Both the position numbers and the translations under genes were made by a program. A model generated the notes under the pieces. The model was not told the origin of the DNA and did not search any database. It was given only the letters and a program-made list of their open reading frames with translations. This document shows positions 53,619 through 63,937 of a stretch of 64,000 nucleotides of DNA, in pieces (position 1 is the first letter of the stretch; each line of letters opens with the position of its first letter). The DNA comes from an uncultured Methanosarcinales archaeon (GTDB taxonomy: Archaea > Nanobdellota > Nanobdellia > Woesearchaeales > JAHJBD01), in NCBI GenBank assembly GCA_964534665.1, contig CAZHRT010000001.1:605-64604 (forward strand), given 5' to 3'.

Positions 53619-55011
53619 CAAATGTGGTGAAAAACCAGAATCAATCTGCTATCACTGTGGTAAAAAGATAAACAATGAAATTCTAAACAAACCAGGAAAA
53701 GTATCTATTCTGGTTACAAAAGGTTGCAACACACAAGAAGAATTAAGTTATGCATATACTCCAAACGTTGGCAAATGTGTTGAAGCAATATCTAAAGACG
53801 AAAAACAACTTTCAAGACTTACAGGTTATGCAAATAAAGGTGCAATTATTAGTGATGGAACAGCAATTCTAGGTTATGGTGACCTTGGTCCAAAAGCAGC
53901 GACTCCTGTTATGGAAGGAAAATCAGTGTTGTTCAAAGTTTTTGGAGACGTCAACATGGACCCAATTGTAATAAATGAAAAATATCCACAAAAAATTGTT
54001 GATTTTGTAATGGCCTTAGAACCAACATATGCAGGTATTAATCTTGAAGACATTTCTGCCCCAAGATGTTTTAAAATTGAAGAAAAATTACAAAAACAAT
54101 ACAAAGGATTCATATTTCATGACGACCAACATGGTACAGCAGTCATTTCCTTAGCCGGAATATTAAATGCACTTGAAATCACAGGACAAAAAAAAGAAGA
54201 TGTAAAAGTTGTTATTAATGGTGCTGGCGCAGCAGCTATTGCCTCAGCAAAATTATACAAAAAAGCAGGCATCACCAATATTATGATGCTTGATCGAAAC
54301 GGGTTAATCTACAAAGATAGACCTTTTCCAACAAATAAATATAAAGAAGAATTTGCTATTGAATTAAATGGTTTAACACCAGAACAAGACAAAGTTAATT
54401 TAAAACAAACTTTGAAAGGTGCAAATGTTTTCTTAGGTTGTTCTGTAGGAAACTTAGTAACTGGAGATATGGTTGAAAATATGGCTCCTAATCCAATTAT
54501 CATTGCAATGGCAAATCCTGTACCTGAAATCCTACCAGATATAGCAAAAAAACATGGTGCAAAAATAGTTGCAACAGGCCGTTCTGATTTTCCTAATCAA
54601 ATAAACAATGTTTTAGGCTTTCCAGGGATATTTAGAGGCGCCTTAGATGCACAAATAACAAAAACTACTGATGAAATTAAAATTGCAGCAGCACATGCTC
54701 TAAAAGACCTTGCACATAAACCTGTTCCAGAAGATATTAAGAAAAAATATCCAAGAGATAATGAAAAAGAAATATTTGAAGGACAAGACCCTGTTAAACC
54801 AGATTACATAGTTCCTCTAGCACTTGATCCAAGGGTTGCAGTTGAAGTTGCTGCAGCAGTCTACAAAACAGCTTTCAAAACAGGAATCGCTACTGCAAAA
54901 TTGCCAGAAGGTTACAATTCTATTGAAGAATATATGCCTGAATACAAAAAACAAGTAGCAAATAGAATTAAAGTTCAAGAACAGTTCAGGCAAACTATAA
55001 AAAATCAATAA
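53608..55011 (+). CDS. Malic enzyme (short prokaryotic form) with an N-terminal CxxC...CxxC extension
   Basis: LSYAYTPNVG, SDGTAILGYGDLG, FHDDQHGTA and INGAGAAA. The first ~20 residues read MECDKCGEKPESICYHCGKK. Confidence 0.88.
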   Translation: MECDKCGEKPESICYHCGKKINNEILNKPGKVSILVTKGCNTQEELSYAYTPNVGKCVEAISKDEKQLSRLTGYANKGAIISDGTAILGYGDLGPKAATPVMEGKSVLFKVFGDVNMDPIVINEKYPQKIVDFVMALEPTYAGINLEDISAPRCFKIEEKLQKQYKGFIFHDDQHGTAVISLAGILNALEITGQKKEDVKVVINGAGAAAIASAKLYKKAGITNIMMLDRNGLIYKDRPFPTNKYKEEFAIELNGLTPEQDKVNLKQTLKGANVFLGCSVGNLVTGDMVENMAPNPIIIAMANPVPEILPDIAKKHGAKIVATGRSDFPNQINNVLGFPGIFRGALDAQITKTTDEIKIAAAHALKDLAHKPVPEDIKKKYPRDNEKEIFEGQDPVKPDYIVPLALDPRVAVEVAAAVYKTAFKTGIATAKLPEGYNSIEEYMPEYKKQVANRIKVQEQFRQTIKNQ

Positions 55012-55048
55012 TCAAAAAGAATATAAACAACCACGCCTGCCTAATTCT

Positions 55049-55828
55049 ATGCAAACTTCTGCTTTAGCTTCAGGTTCATCTGGAAACTGCTTTTTTATAG
55101 AAGCAAATAATATTTCATTCTTAATAGATGCAGGCATAAGCTGTAAACAGATATGTAGAAGATTAGAAGATTTAAATAAAAAACCTGAAAATCTAAAAGG
55201 CATATTCATAACTCATGAACATTCAGACCATATTAAGGGTGTAGATGTTTTAGCAAGAAAATTCTCAATACCAATTTACCTCACAAACAAATGCCATGAT
55301 AATTGTATGCATATAACATCAGACCATTCATTAGTTAACCACATTGAAAAAGATAAAGAACTTGATTTCCATGGTATAAAGATTTTACCTTTCTCAAAAA
55401 ATCATGATGCAAATGATCCAGTAAGTTTTTCTATAGTCCATAAAGACAAAAAAATAAGTGTAATAACTGATATAGGCATAGCATGTGATAATGTTGTCAA
55501 ACATCTCAAAGAATCTAATATTGTATACTTTGAAACAAACCATGATATCCAAATGTTAGAAAACGGACGATATCCAGCTTATCTAAAAAAAAGAATTTCT
55601 GGAGATTTTGGCCATTTAAGCAATTACGCAGCAGCTTTATGCATTCTAGAACATGCAACACCAAAGCTTCACCATTTAATATTAAGTCATTTAAGTGAAA
55701 ATAATAACACAGAAGAAATTGCACTAAAAACAATTAATGGATTAATATCAACAAGAAAAGATTTAGAAAATCTTAAAATTAACATTTCTGGACGACATAA
55801 ACCAACAGAATTAATTCATTTAACATAA
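55049..55828 (+). CDS. Metallo-beta-lactamase fold hydrolase
   Basis: ASGSSGNC..IDAG and the canonical ITHEHSDHIKG. Confidence 0.8.
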   Translation: MQTSALASGSSGNCFFIEANNISFLIDAGISCKQICRRLEDLNKKPENLKGIFITHEHSDHIKGVDVLARKFSIPIYLTNKCHDNCMHITSDHSLVNHIEKDKELDFHGIKILPFSKNHDANDPVSFSIVHKDKKISVITDIGIACDNVVKHLKESNIVYFETNHDIQMLENGRYPAYLKKRISGDFGHLSNYAAALCILEHATPKLHHLILSHLSENNNTEEIALKTINGLISTRKDLENLKINISGRHKPTELIHLT

Positions 55829-56430
55829 TTAATCAAACTACCAATTTTCTCAATCTTTACTTCTATCTTATCACCTTTTTTCATAGGTCCAACACCTGGC
55901 GGAGTTCCAGTAGTAATAATATCTCCCTTATTCAATGTCATAATTTTTGAAATAAAAGAAACAACTTCTTCAATCTTAAAGATAAAGTCTTCAGTATTAC
56001 CTTCCTGTACAACCTTACCATTTAATTTTGCTTGAACTTTCAAGTTATTTGGATTTCCAATCTTATCCCATGAAACAATCTTAGAACCTACAGGACAAAA
56101 AGTATCAAAACTTTTGCCACGTGTCCATTGCTCATCTTCAAACTGTAAATCTCGAGCAGTAACATCATTCAAACACATAAACCCTTTAACATAATTTTTA
56201 ACTTGATTTTTCTTAACATCTTTACATTTTTTCTTGATAACCAATGCAAGTTCTGCTTCATAATCAACTCTTTTAGACATAGAAGGATAAATAATACTTT
56301 CACCATCAGATATCAAAGCAGTAGTTGGTTTAATAAAAATAATTGGAGTTTTATGCCACTTTAATCCAAGCTCTTTAGCATGTTTCTTATAATTTAATCC
56401 TACACAGACTATTTTAGTTGGTTTAATCAT
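55816..56430 (-). CDS. Fumarylacetoacetate hydrolase family protein
   Basis: KIVCVGLNY..H, DYEAELALVI and GDIITTGTPPGVG. Confidence 0.85.
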   Translation of the reverse strand: MIKPTKIVCVGLNYKKHAKELGLKWHKTPIIFIKPTTALISDGESIIYPSMSKRVDYEAELALVIKKKCKDVKKNQVKNYVKGFMCLNDVTARDLQFEDEQWTRGKSFDTFCPVGSKIVSWDKIGNPNNLKVQAKLNGKVVQEGNTEDFIFKIEEVVSFISKIMTLNKGDIITTGTPPGVGPMKKGDKIEVKIEKIGSLINYVK

Positions 56431-56463
56431 AGAAAAAGAAAATAAAAAATAAAGTATATAAAT

Positions 56464-57465
56464 TTACTTCTTTTCAAACAAAGCTCTAATCTCACGTCCA
56501 ACAATCTCAATTGGATGTTCACCTAAAGCTTTTCTTTTTGCTAACAAGTTTGGTTTTCCTGCAGCGTTTTCAGCTAACCAGTCTTTAGCAAAGGTTCCAT
56601 CTTCGATTCTCTTAAGACTTTCTTTCATTTTTTCCTTAACTTCTGGACCAATTATCTTAGGACCGTTGTAATATTCACCAAACTCTGCAGTGTTTGAAAT
56701 AACAGCATTCATTTTTTGTATGCCACCTTCAAAAATCAAGTCAACAATTAACTTAAGTTCATGAAGACATTCAAAATATGCCATTTCTGGTGGATAACCA
56801 GCTTCTGTTAATGTTTCAAAACCATATTTGATTATATCAACACATCCACCGCATAAAACATTTTGTTCTCCAAACAAATCTTCATATGTTTCTTGTTCAA
56901 ATGTACATTCAAGTACACCAGCTCGAGTAAATCTCATAGCTTTTGCCATTCCAAGAGCAATATCTCTAGCTTTACCTGATGCATCTGTACCAATAGCAAC
57001 TAAACCTGGAACACCAAATCCTGCATGATAAGCTTTAAGTTCCTCAGTAGCGGGCGCTTTTGGAGCAACCATTATAACATCAACACCTTCTGGTGGAACA
57101 ATCTGTTTATAGACTATGTTAAAACCATGTGAACAACTAAATACCTTTCCAGGTTTCATGTGTTGTTCAATTTGTTCTTTGTAAACAGGCCCATGAAATT
57201 CATCTGGCAACAAAATATGAACAATGTCTGCTTTCTCAGCAGCTTCTGAAATAGTCATTACTTCAAAACCATCATCTTTTGCTCTTTGCCATGAAGAATT
57301 AACAGTTTCACCTAATTTCTCAGTCTCACCGATTATAACACTAACACCACTTTCTTTCATCATCTTTGCTTGTGCACTTCCTTGGCTTCCATAACCAATT
57401 ACTGCAACTGTTTTTCCTTCTAATGCAGCTTGATCCGCACCATCATCATGTACTAAATTTACCAT
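56464..57465 (-). CDS. ilvC: Ketol-acid reductoisomerase (class I)
   Basis: GYGSQGSAQA, LLPDE, SHGF and CGG..D(L/I)IK..FETL motifs. Confidence 0.95.
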   Translation of the reverse strand: MVNLVHDDGADQAALEGKTVAVIGYGSQGSAQAKMMKESGVSVIIGETEKLGETVNSSWQRAKDDGFEVMTISEAAEKADIVHILLPDEFHGPVYKEQIEQHMKPGKVFSCSHGFNIVYKQIVPPEGVDVIMVAPKAPATEELKAYHAGFGVPGLVAIGTDASGKARDIALGMAKAMRFTRAGVLECTFEQETYEDLFGEQNVLCGGCVDIIKYGFETLTEAGYPPEMAYFECLHELKLIVDLIFEGGIQKMNAVISNTAEFGEYYNGPKIIGPEVKEKMKESLKRIEDGTFAKDWLAENAAGKPNLLAKRKALGEHPIEIVGREIRALFEKK

Positions 57466-57466
57466 T

Positions 57467-58606
57467 TTATTTACCTCCTAGTTCTGCAACTTTCTTAGCA
57501 ACAGCGTCACCCATATCTGAACAAGTGTTACTGCCACCTAAATCTTTTGTTTGAACTTTCTTTTCTTTTAAAACTTCTTGAATAGCACTTACAATTAAAT
57601 TATGAGATTTACTTTCACCAATCTCATCAAGCATCATAGCACCAGCCCAAATTGTTGCCAAAGGATTAGCTCTATTCATACCTTTATACTTTGGTGCAGA
57701 ACCGTGTATTGGTTCAAACATACTAACACCCTTAGGATTAATATTTCCACCTGGAGCTAAACCTAAACCACCTTGTATCATTGCTCCAAGATCAGTTATT
57801 ATATCACCAAACATATTTGGTGTTGTAACAACTTTAAACCATTCAGGATTCTTTACAAACCACATAGTAATTGCATCTACAAACATATATTCTGGCTTAA
57901 TTCCTGAATATGATTTCCCAATCTCTTCAACTCTTTCTCGCCAAAAACTATAAATGTCAGATAAAACATTTGCTTTATCAACAAAATAAGCTGTATCAAC
58001 ATTTTCTTTTTTTGCAAGTTCATAACCATATTTAATTACTCTATCAGCACCACTCTTACTCATAACACCAATTTGATAAGCTATTTCATCAGTATTTTGA
58101 ATATCTAAATCAAACTTAACTTTCCACATATCTCTTACAACTTCTAATGATTGTTTTGTTTGACCTACCTGTGCCCTGTTTCCAATACCAACATAAAAGT
58201 CTTCAGTATTTTCTCTAACAACAGTAAAATCAATATCCTTTGATGTTTTGCCTTTTAATGGACATTCAACACCTTCCAATAATTTAATTGGTCTTAGATT
58301 AACATACTGATCAAAATAAAATCTAGTTTTCAAAAGAATACCTTTTTCCAATATTCCTGGTTTACATCTAGGGTCACCCAAAGCACCTAAATAAATTGAT
58401 TTACAAGTATCTTTAATCTCTTTTAGAGTATCTTCTGTGATTAATTCTCCAGTCTCAAGATATTTGTCTGCACCATTATCATATGTAACCCAATCAATAT
58501 TAAATCCATTAAGTTCCGCAGCTTTTTCAATTACTTTAATTCCTTCTGCTACTATTTCTGGCCCAATACCATCACCAGGCATTTTTGCTAATTTGTATGT
58601 TGTCAT
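57467..58606 (-). CDS. leuB: 3-isopropylmalate dehydrogenase family enzyme (sequence looks DmlA/TtuC-like)
   Basis: [27 protein letters not shown] and NMFGDIITD. The context with leuCD argues for LeuB function. The N-terminal half resembles the D-malate/tartrate dehydrogenase branch as I recall it. Confidence 0.8.
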   Translation of the reverse strand: MTTYKLAKMPGDGIGPEIVAEGIKVIEKAAELNGFNIDWVTYDNGADKYLETGELITEDTLKEIKDTCKSIYLGALGDPRCKPGILEKGILLKTRFYFDQYVNLRPIKLLEGVECPLKGKTSKDIDFTVVRENTEDFYVGIGNRAQVGQTKQSLEVVRDMWKVKFDLDIQNTDEIAYQIGVMSKSGADRVIKYGYELAKKENVDTAYFVDKANVLSDIYSFWRERVEEIGKSYSGIKPEYMFVDAITMWFVKNPEWFKVVTTPNMFGDIITDLGAMIQGGLGLAPGGNINPKGVSMFEPIHGSAPKYKGMNRANPLATIWAGAMMLDEIGESKSHNLIVSAIQEVLKEKKVQTKDLGGSNTCSDMGDAVAKKVAELGGK

Positions 58607-59100
58607 TTTTTTGCCCCCTTCTTAATATGATTAATTAATCCACCATCATTCATTAACTCAACTGCAAAATCTGATAATGGAACAAATATATAATCTTCAT
58701 TCTTAGTATGATTAGTGATTTTTCCTGACTTTATATCTATTTCCAATTCATCACCATCACTAACTTTTCCAGAAATTCCCTTTGATTCAATCGCTACAAA
58801 ACCATTATTAATTGCGTTTCTAAAAAATATTCTAGCAAAACTATCTGCAATAACTGCCCTTACTCCAGAACCTCTTAAAGCCCAAATTGCATGTTCTCTA
58901 GATGAACCACAACCAAAGTTTTCTTTAGCAACAATAAAATCTCCTTTCTTAACCTTCTTAACAAATTCAGTATCAAGATCTTCCATTGCATGTTCTGCTA
59001 ACTCTTCTTCTTTATCAGAAGTTAAATATCTAGCTGGAATAATCTCATCAGTATTTATATCATCTTTTTTGTAAACATGCGCTTTTCCTTTTAGTTTCAT
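58603..59100 (-). CDS. leuD: 3-isopropylmalate dehydratase small subunit
   Basis: [22 protein letters not shown] and the archaeal short form. There are 4-nt overlaps on both sides. Confidence 0.9.
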   Translation of the reverse strand: MKLKGKAHVYKKDDINTDEIIPARYLTSDKEEELAEHAMEDLDTEFVKKVKKGDFIVAKENFGCGSSREHAIWALRGSGVRAVIADSFARIFFRNAINNGFVAIESKGISGKVSDGDELEIDIKSGKITNHTKNEDYIFVPLSDFAVELMNDGGLINHIKKGAKK

Positions 59101-60362
59101 TTTAAGAACCCCCTAGGATCAGTAATCTTCCCTTCAATAGCAGATGCTGCAACTGTTGCTGGCGAAGCCAAATAAACTTTACTTTTAGGGCTACCCATTC
59201 TTCCAACAAAATTTCTATTTGTAGTTGAAATGCAATTTTCACCTGCAGCTAAAATACCCATATGTCCACCTAAACATGCACCACATGTAGCTGTTGATAC
59301 TGTTGCGCCTGCTTCCATAAATATATCTAACAAACCTTCTTTGTTCGCTGCTTTCCAAATATCTGTAGTTGCAGGAACAACAATCATCCTAGTCCCTTCT
59401 TTAACCTTTTTTCCTTTCATAATTTCAGCTGCAATTCTTAAATCTTCAATTCTACCATTAGTACAACTTCCTAAATAAGCTTGATCAACTTTAACATTAT
59501 TAACCTCACCAACAGACTTCCCATTAGATGGTAAATCTGGAACAGCAACAATTGGTTCAAATTTTGAAGCTTCATAATCCATCACAATAGAATAATTTGC
59601 ATCTTCATCAGATTTAACAACTTCAAACTTTTCATCAGTTCTTTTTTTAACATATTCTAAGGTTTTTTCATCAGGTTCAATTATACCTGATTTGCCACCA
59701 GCTTCAATTGCCATATTAGTTATTGTCATCCTTGCTTCAACAGATAAATCTGAAATTGTTGAACCTGTAAACTCCATTGCTTTATACAAAGCACCGTCTA
59801 CACCAATATCAGAAATTATTTTTAAGATTATATCTTTTGAATAAACACCTTTAGGCAATTTACCATTAATAACAAACTTAATTGTTTCAGGAACCTTAAA
59901 CCATAATTCTCCAGTAGCAAGAGCTGCTGCAATATCTGTTGAACCAACACCTGTTGAAAAAGCACCAAAAGCACCATGAGTACATGTATGGCTATCACCA
60001 GCAACAATAGTCATACCAGGAACAACGTGTCCTTGTTCAGGTAAGATTGCATGACATACACCATGTCTACCAATATCATAAAAATGTTTAATCTTATGTT
60101 TCTTAACCCATTTCCTAATCCGATTAACCATTTCAGCGCTTTTAATATCCTTATTAGGAACAAAATGGTCTGGAGTAACAACAACTTTATCAGGATTAAA
60201 AACTTTATCCATGCCAGCTTTTTCTAACATATCAATAGCAGGAGTTGTAGTAACATCATGGCATAAAACCAAGTCTATTTTAGCATTAATTAATTCACCT
60301 GGCTTAACAACATCCTTTCCAGCATGTTTAGCCAATATTTTTTCAGTTATAGTCATTCCCAT
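59097..60362 (-). CDS. leuC: 3-isopropylmalate dehydratase large subunit
   Basis: VVTPDH, GDSHT, GSCTNGR and Cys ligands of aconitase type. Confidence 0.92.
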   Translation of the reverse strand: MGMTITEKILAKHAGKDVVKPGELINAKIDLVLCHDVTTTPAIDMLEKAGMDKVFNPDKVVVTPDHFVPNKDIKSAEMVNRIRKWVKKHKIKHFYDIGRHGVCHAILPEQGHVVPGMTIVAGDSHTCTHGAFGAFSTGVGSTDIAAALATGELWFKVPETIKFVINGKLPKGVYSKDIILKIISDIGVDGALYKAMEFTGSTISDLSVEARMTITNMAIEAGGKSGIIEPDEKTLEYVKKRTDEKFEVVKSDEDANYSIVMDYEASKFEPIVAVPDLPSNGKSVGEVNNVKVDQAYLGSCTNGRIEDLRIAAEIMKGKKVKEGTRMIVVPATTDIWKAANKEGLLDIFMEAGATVSTATCGACLGGHMGILAAGENCISTTNRNFVGRMGSPKSKVYLASPATVAASAIEGKITDPRGFLK

Positions 60363-60470
60363 TGTTATATCCTCCTTAAATAGTCAAGATAACACCATAT
60401 ATAAACCTATGTTGTACCTATGAAGTACAACTATAGAAAACTTAATAAAGTCACTTAAATAATTAAAAAT

Positions 60471-61187
60471 ATGGAAGACTTAACAAAATTCGGACTTACC
60501 CCAAACGAATCAAAGATATACTTATTATTATTAGAAAAAAGAGAAGCAATTGCATCTGAAATTGCTAAAGACGTAGGCATTTCTAGGCCACATGTTTACG
60601 ATTCAATAAACAGGCTAATCAAAAAAGGCTTAGTATCATACGTAATCAAGAACAGCAAACGTTATTTTAAAGGTGCAAACCCAAAAGAATTAATTAATTA
60701 CCTTGAAGACGAAAAAGATAAGATTGACAGAAAGAAAAAAGAAGTAAGTAATCTTCTACCTAACTTACTAAAACTACAAAAAGAAAAAAAAGCAACAACT
60801 TCTGTTGAAGTTTACGAGGGAAAAGAAGGATTAAAAACTGTATTAATGGATTTAATAAATTATGAAAAAGATTTTGTTGCTTTTGGAGCAACAGGAAATT
60901 TCCCAAAAATCTTCCCAGTATTTTCCCAGATTTTTGTTAAAAGAAGAGAACAAAAAAAAATAAAAGGAAAAATTGTCGTTGTAAAAGGAGAAAAACCAAT
61001 TAAAACTAAACTTAATGATTACAGATGGATACCAAAAGAATATGGCCTTCCTAGTTCAACAATAATATATGGCAACAAAACAGCAATACTTATATGGACC
61101 GGAATAGGTATAATTATTAAAAGTAAAGAAGTTGCTGACTCATACAGAAGTTACTTTGAATTGTTATGGAAGATTGGAAAAAAATGA
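60471..61187 (+). CDS. TrmB-family transcriptional regulator
   Basis: The N-terminal wHTH is FGLTPNESKIYLLLLEKREAIASEIAKDVGISRPHVYDSINRLIKKGLV, followed by a TrmB-type C-terminal domain. Confidence 0.8.
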   Translation: MEDLTKFGLTPNESKIYLLLLEKREAIASEIAKDVGISRPHVYDSINRLIKKGLVSYVIKNSKRYFKGANPKELINYLEDEKDKIDRKKKEVSNLLPNLLKLQKEKKATTSVEVYEGKEGLKTVLMDLINYEKDFVAFGATGNFPKIFPVFSQIFVKRREQKKIKGKIVVVKGEKPIKTKLNDYRWIPKEYGLPSSTIIYGNKTAILIWTGIGIIIKSKEVADSYRSYFELLWKIGKK

Positions 61188-61390
61188 AAATATACTTACT
61201 AATTTTAATATTACTAATTGGCTGCAACAGTATTAACACAGAAGAAAGTTGTGATACAGAAGATGTTTGTAAACCACCAACAATTAATGAAAATGTTGCT
61301 TCTAGTGCAAAAGAAGATATGATTAACAACTCTAAATTATGTAATAATACTATTTCTAAAGAATGCGAAGTGATTCAACCAAATTTATAA
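61166..61390 (+). CDS. Small putative lipoprotein, 74 aa
   Basis: The lipobox-like sequence is LILILLIGCNS. Cys-rich and short. Overlaps the trmB-like gene end. Confidence 0.4.
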   Translation: MEDWKKMKIYLLILILLIGCNSINTEESCDTEDVCKPPTINENVASSAKEDMINNSKLCNNTISKECEVIQPNL

Positions 61391-61647
61391 TATTTCTTTA
61401 TTGGCTTAGTAATATTCCAAGTACATTTTAACCCTTGTTCAAAAATTACTAAGTCCCCTACACCAAAACTAATTTTATCACCAGTTGAAGAAATAACTTC
61501 AGCTTCACCCTCAATAATTAAACAGGTTTCCTTATCTGAATATTCCCATGGAAATTCAGAAATGTCGGAAATCGAAGATTTCTGAGCATGCTCAGAAACG
61601 CTTTACGTTTCTGACACTTCTTTCTCCCAAATAGACAACTGTTCCAT
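61375..61647 (-). pseudogene. Small cupin (Cupin_3/DUF861-like) gene interrupted by a 54-nt insertion carrying an in-frame TAA
   Basis: The hand translation is MEQLSIWEKEVSE[T*SVSEHAQKSSISDISE]FPWEYSDKETCLIIEGEAEVISSTGDKISFGVGDLVIFEQGLKCTWNITKPIKKYYKFG. Without the bracketed 18 codons it matches the family spacing W-E-x-E-x-x-x-F-x-W-x-Y. Confidence 0.7.
61555..61616 (+). repeat. Copy 3 of the GCATGC-centred palindrome repeat (inserted in the cupin gene)
   Basis: TTTCTGAGCATGCTCAGAAA is a perfect 20-nt palindrome, flanked by further TCAGAAA/TTTCTGA arms. The downstream hairpin is TCAGAAACG-CTTTA-CGTTTCTGA. Confidence 0.75.
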
Positions 61648-61723
61648 CTCTTTTCTTTCTTCTTCAGTTGCTTTATGAGTTCTTAGTAAAACCTTTGGTT
61701 TTTCTAACCCTTCCTGATGATTA

Positions 61724-62221
61724 TCAGGAAGTTCCATTATTTCCTCTTGAAATTGCAGTAACACCAGTTCTAGAAATATCTTGTATACCATACCCTTTAA
61801 CAATCTCAATAAAACTATCAATTTTATCAGGAGTTCCAATTATTTCTAATGTCATTGACTTAGGATCAACATCTACAAACTTAACTTTATAGATCTTTGA
61901 ATAATTAAGCAGTTCATCTTTAGATTTCTTATCCTTAGCAGCAACCTTAATCAAACAAAGTTCTCTAATAACAGAACCTTTATCCATTTCACTTACTTTA
62001 ACAGTATCTATTAACTTATTCAACTGCTTTTCAACCTGCTCAATAATTGAATCATCACCAATAACAGTGATAACCATCTTACTTATTCCTTTTTTATTTG
62101 TTTTTCCAACAGTTATTGTATCAATATTATAATTACGTCTAGCAAACATTCCAGCTATTCTAGTTAAAACACCTGGTTGATCTTCAACTAACATTGATAT
62201 TACGTGTTTATGTTGTGCCAT
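61724..62221 (-). CDS. ilvN: Acetolactate synthase small (regulatory) subunit
   Basis: The ACT domain reads ISMLVEDQPGVLTRIAGMFARRNYNIDTITVG, and the gene lies downstream of ilvB. Confidence 0.9.
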   Translation of the reverse strand: MAQHKHVISMLVEDQPGVLTRIAGMFARRNYNIDTITVGKTNKKGISKMVITVIGDDSIIEQVEKQLNKLIDTVKVSEMDKGSVIRELCLIKVAAKDKKSKDELLNYSKIYKVKFVDVDPKSMTLEIIGTPDKIDSFIEIVKGYGIQDISRTGVTAISRGNNGTS

Positions 62222-62230
62222 ATTTATCCC

Positions 62231-63937
62231 TCACAAAAACTGTCCAGGTACCTTCATACAACCACCAAAAGCATCTTTAACATGCCCTCCTGGTGGAAGC
62301 ATCGGCAAGATATTGGACTCTTCTTCAACTTTAAAATTTAAAACAGTAGTTACATCTGACTTAATTGCTTCTTTTAAAGCATTTTCAATATCTGTTGGTT
62401 TACTAACATTAATTCCTTTTAAACCATAAGCTTCAGCAATCTTAACAAAATCAGGACCTTTACCTAAATCAACTTCTGAATACCTTTTATCGTGGTATAT
62501 TTCAAGCCATTGCCTAACCATACCCAACCATGAATTGTTAAATATACAGATAATAACTTTAATTCCAGCTTCAGCTACTGTTCCAAGTTCTTGTAAAGTC
62601 ATCTGAAAACTTCCATCACCATCTATCAAATAAACTTCCTTTTCAGGCTTAGCAACTTTTGCACCAATTGCTGCTGGAAAACCAAAACCCATTGTTCCAG
62701 CACCACCAGATGAAATAAAAGTTCTAGGTATAGACCTTTTCAAATAATGCATTGCAAACATCTGATGCTGTCCAACCCCTGTAACCACAATGTCATCTTT
62801 CTTAATCAATTTGTTCATAGCTTCAATTATCATTCTAGGATGAATCTTTTTCTTATCTAAACACCAAGTACATTTTTCACAATTATTTCTCATTGTATCA
62901 AGTTCTTTCATCCAATTATCCCAATTAGGTAATTCCATCTCTTTCAAAACTTCTACTAAACCTGCAACTACTTGTTTTGCATCCCCAACTATGGGAATAT
63001 CAACATGTACATTTTTTCCAATCTCTGCAGGATCAACATCAGCATGAATAACTGTTACATTCTTCATATAACTTTCAAGGTTTCCTGTTATTCTATCAAC
63101 AAACCTACATCCTATGGTTATCAACAAATCAGTACTTATAGTTGCATAATTAGCAGATTTCTTTCCATGCATACCAACTATCCCTAAACTTAATTCATTA
63201 TCTTCATCAAATATTCCTTTACCTTGTAAAGTAGTTGTAACAGGAATATTAGTCAATTCAACTAATTGTTTAACTTCTTTATCAGCATCAGCTAAAACAC
63301 ACCCACCACCTAACAAAAACAATGGTTTTTTTGCCCCTGCAATAGCTTCAGCAGCTTTTTTTAATTGATGATTATTAGGTTTTAAATTAGGTTGAAACCC
63401 TTCTATCTTAACTTCATTAGGTATTGGCTTAGTAACCTGATGTATTTGAGTGTCTTTAGGTAAGTCAATATAAACAGGTCCAGGACGTCCTTCAGCAGCA
63501 AGCATAAAAGATTTCATAATAATTGGTGCAACCTCATTAGCAGTTCTAGGCTGAAAATTGTGTTTAGTTATAGGCAAAGTAATACCCATCATATCTGATT
63601 CTTGAAAAGCATCATTCCCTATTAATTTAGTTGGAACTTGTCCACCAATTGCAACAATTGGAATATTATCCATATAAGCATCCATTATACCTGTAACTAA
63701 GTTAGTTGCACCCGGCCCTGAAGTTGCAATACAAACTCCAACTTTTCCAGAAGCTTTTGCATAACCTTCTGCTGCATGTGCAGCTCCTTGTTCATGCCTA
63801 ACTAAAATATTCTTAATTTTACCTTTATAATCTAGATATGCATCAAATAAAGGAATAACTGCTCCTCCAGGATATCCAAAAGTAACATCACAACCTTGTT
63901 TCAAAAGAGTTTCTACAATAACATGTGCACCATTCAT
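62231..63937 (-). CDS. ilvB: Acetolactate synthase large subunit (ThDP-dependent)
   Basis: GYPGGA, the ThDP motif GDGSFQM...NN and SGGAGTMGFGFPAAIGAK. Confidence 0.95.
   Translation of the reverse strand: MNGAHVIVETLLKQGCDVTFGYPGGAVIPLFDAYLDYKGKIKNILVRHEQGAAHAAEGYAKASGKVGVCIATSGPGATNLVTGIMDAYMDNIPIVAIGGQVPTKLIGNDAFQESDMMGITLPITKHNFQPRTANEVAPIIMKSFMLAAEGRPGPVYIDLPKDTQIHQVTKPIPNEVKIEGFQPNLKPNNHQLKKAAEAIAGAKKPLFLLGGGCVLADADKEVKQLVELTNIPVTTTLQGKGIFDEDNELSLGIVGMHGKKSANYATISTDLLITIGCRFVDRITGNLESYMKNVTVIHADVDPAEIGKNVHVDIPIVGDAKQVVAGLVEVLKEMELPNWDNWMKELDTMRNNCEKCTWCLDKKKIHPRMIIEAMNKLIKKDDIVVTGVGQHQMFAMHYLKRSIPRTFISSGGAGTMGFGFPAAIGAKVAKPEKEVYLIDGDGSFQMTLQELGTVAEAGIKVIICIFNNSWLGMVRQWLEIYHDKRYSEVDLGKGPDFVKIAEAYGLKGINVSKPTDIENALKEAIKSDVTTVLNFKVEEESNILPMLPPGGHVKDAFGGCMKVPGQFL

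Noticed and set aside
61555-61608. The idea that the 54-nt cupin insert is a bulge-helix-bulge mRNA intron removed by the tRNA splicing endonuclease.
   Set aside because: The only symmetric helix I could draw (UCAG/CUGA with 2-nt overhangs) predicts cuts that remove 55 nt and shift the frame. No proper inner helix flanks it. A MITE-like insertion explains the data more simply, although RNA data could still revisit this.
61603-61839. The 78-aa minus-strand ORF listed in the track.
   Set aside because: Its upstream two-thirds overlap the ilvN 3' end in another frame. Only the last 14 codons (MEQLSIWEKEVSET) are meaningful, as the 5' fragment of the interrupted cupin gene.
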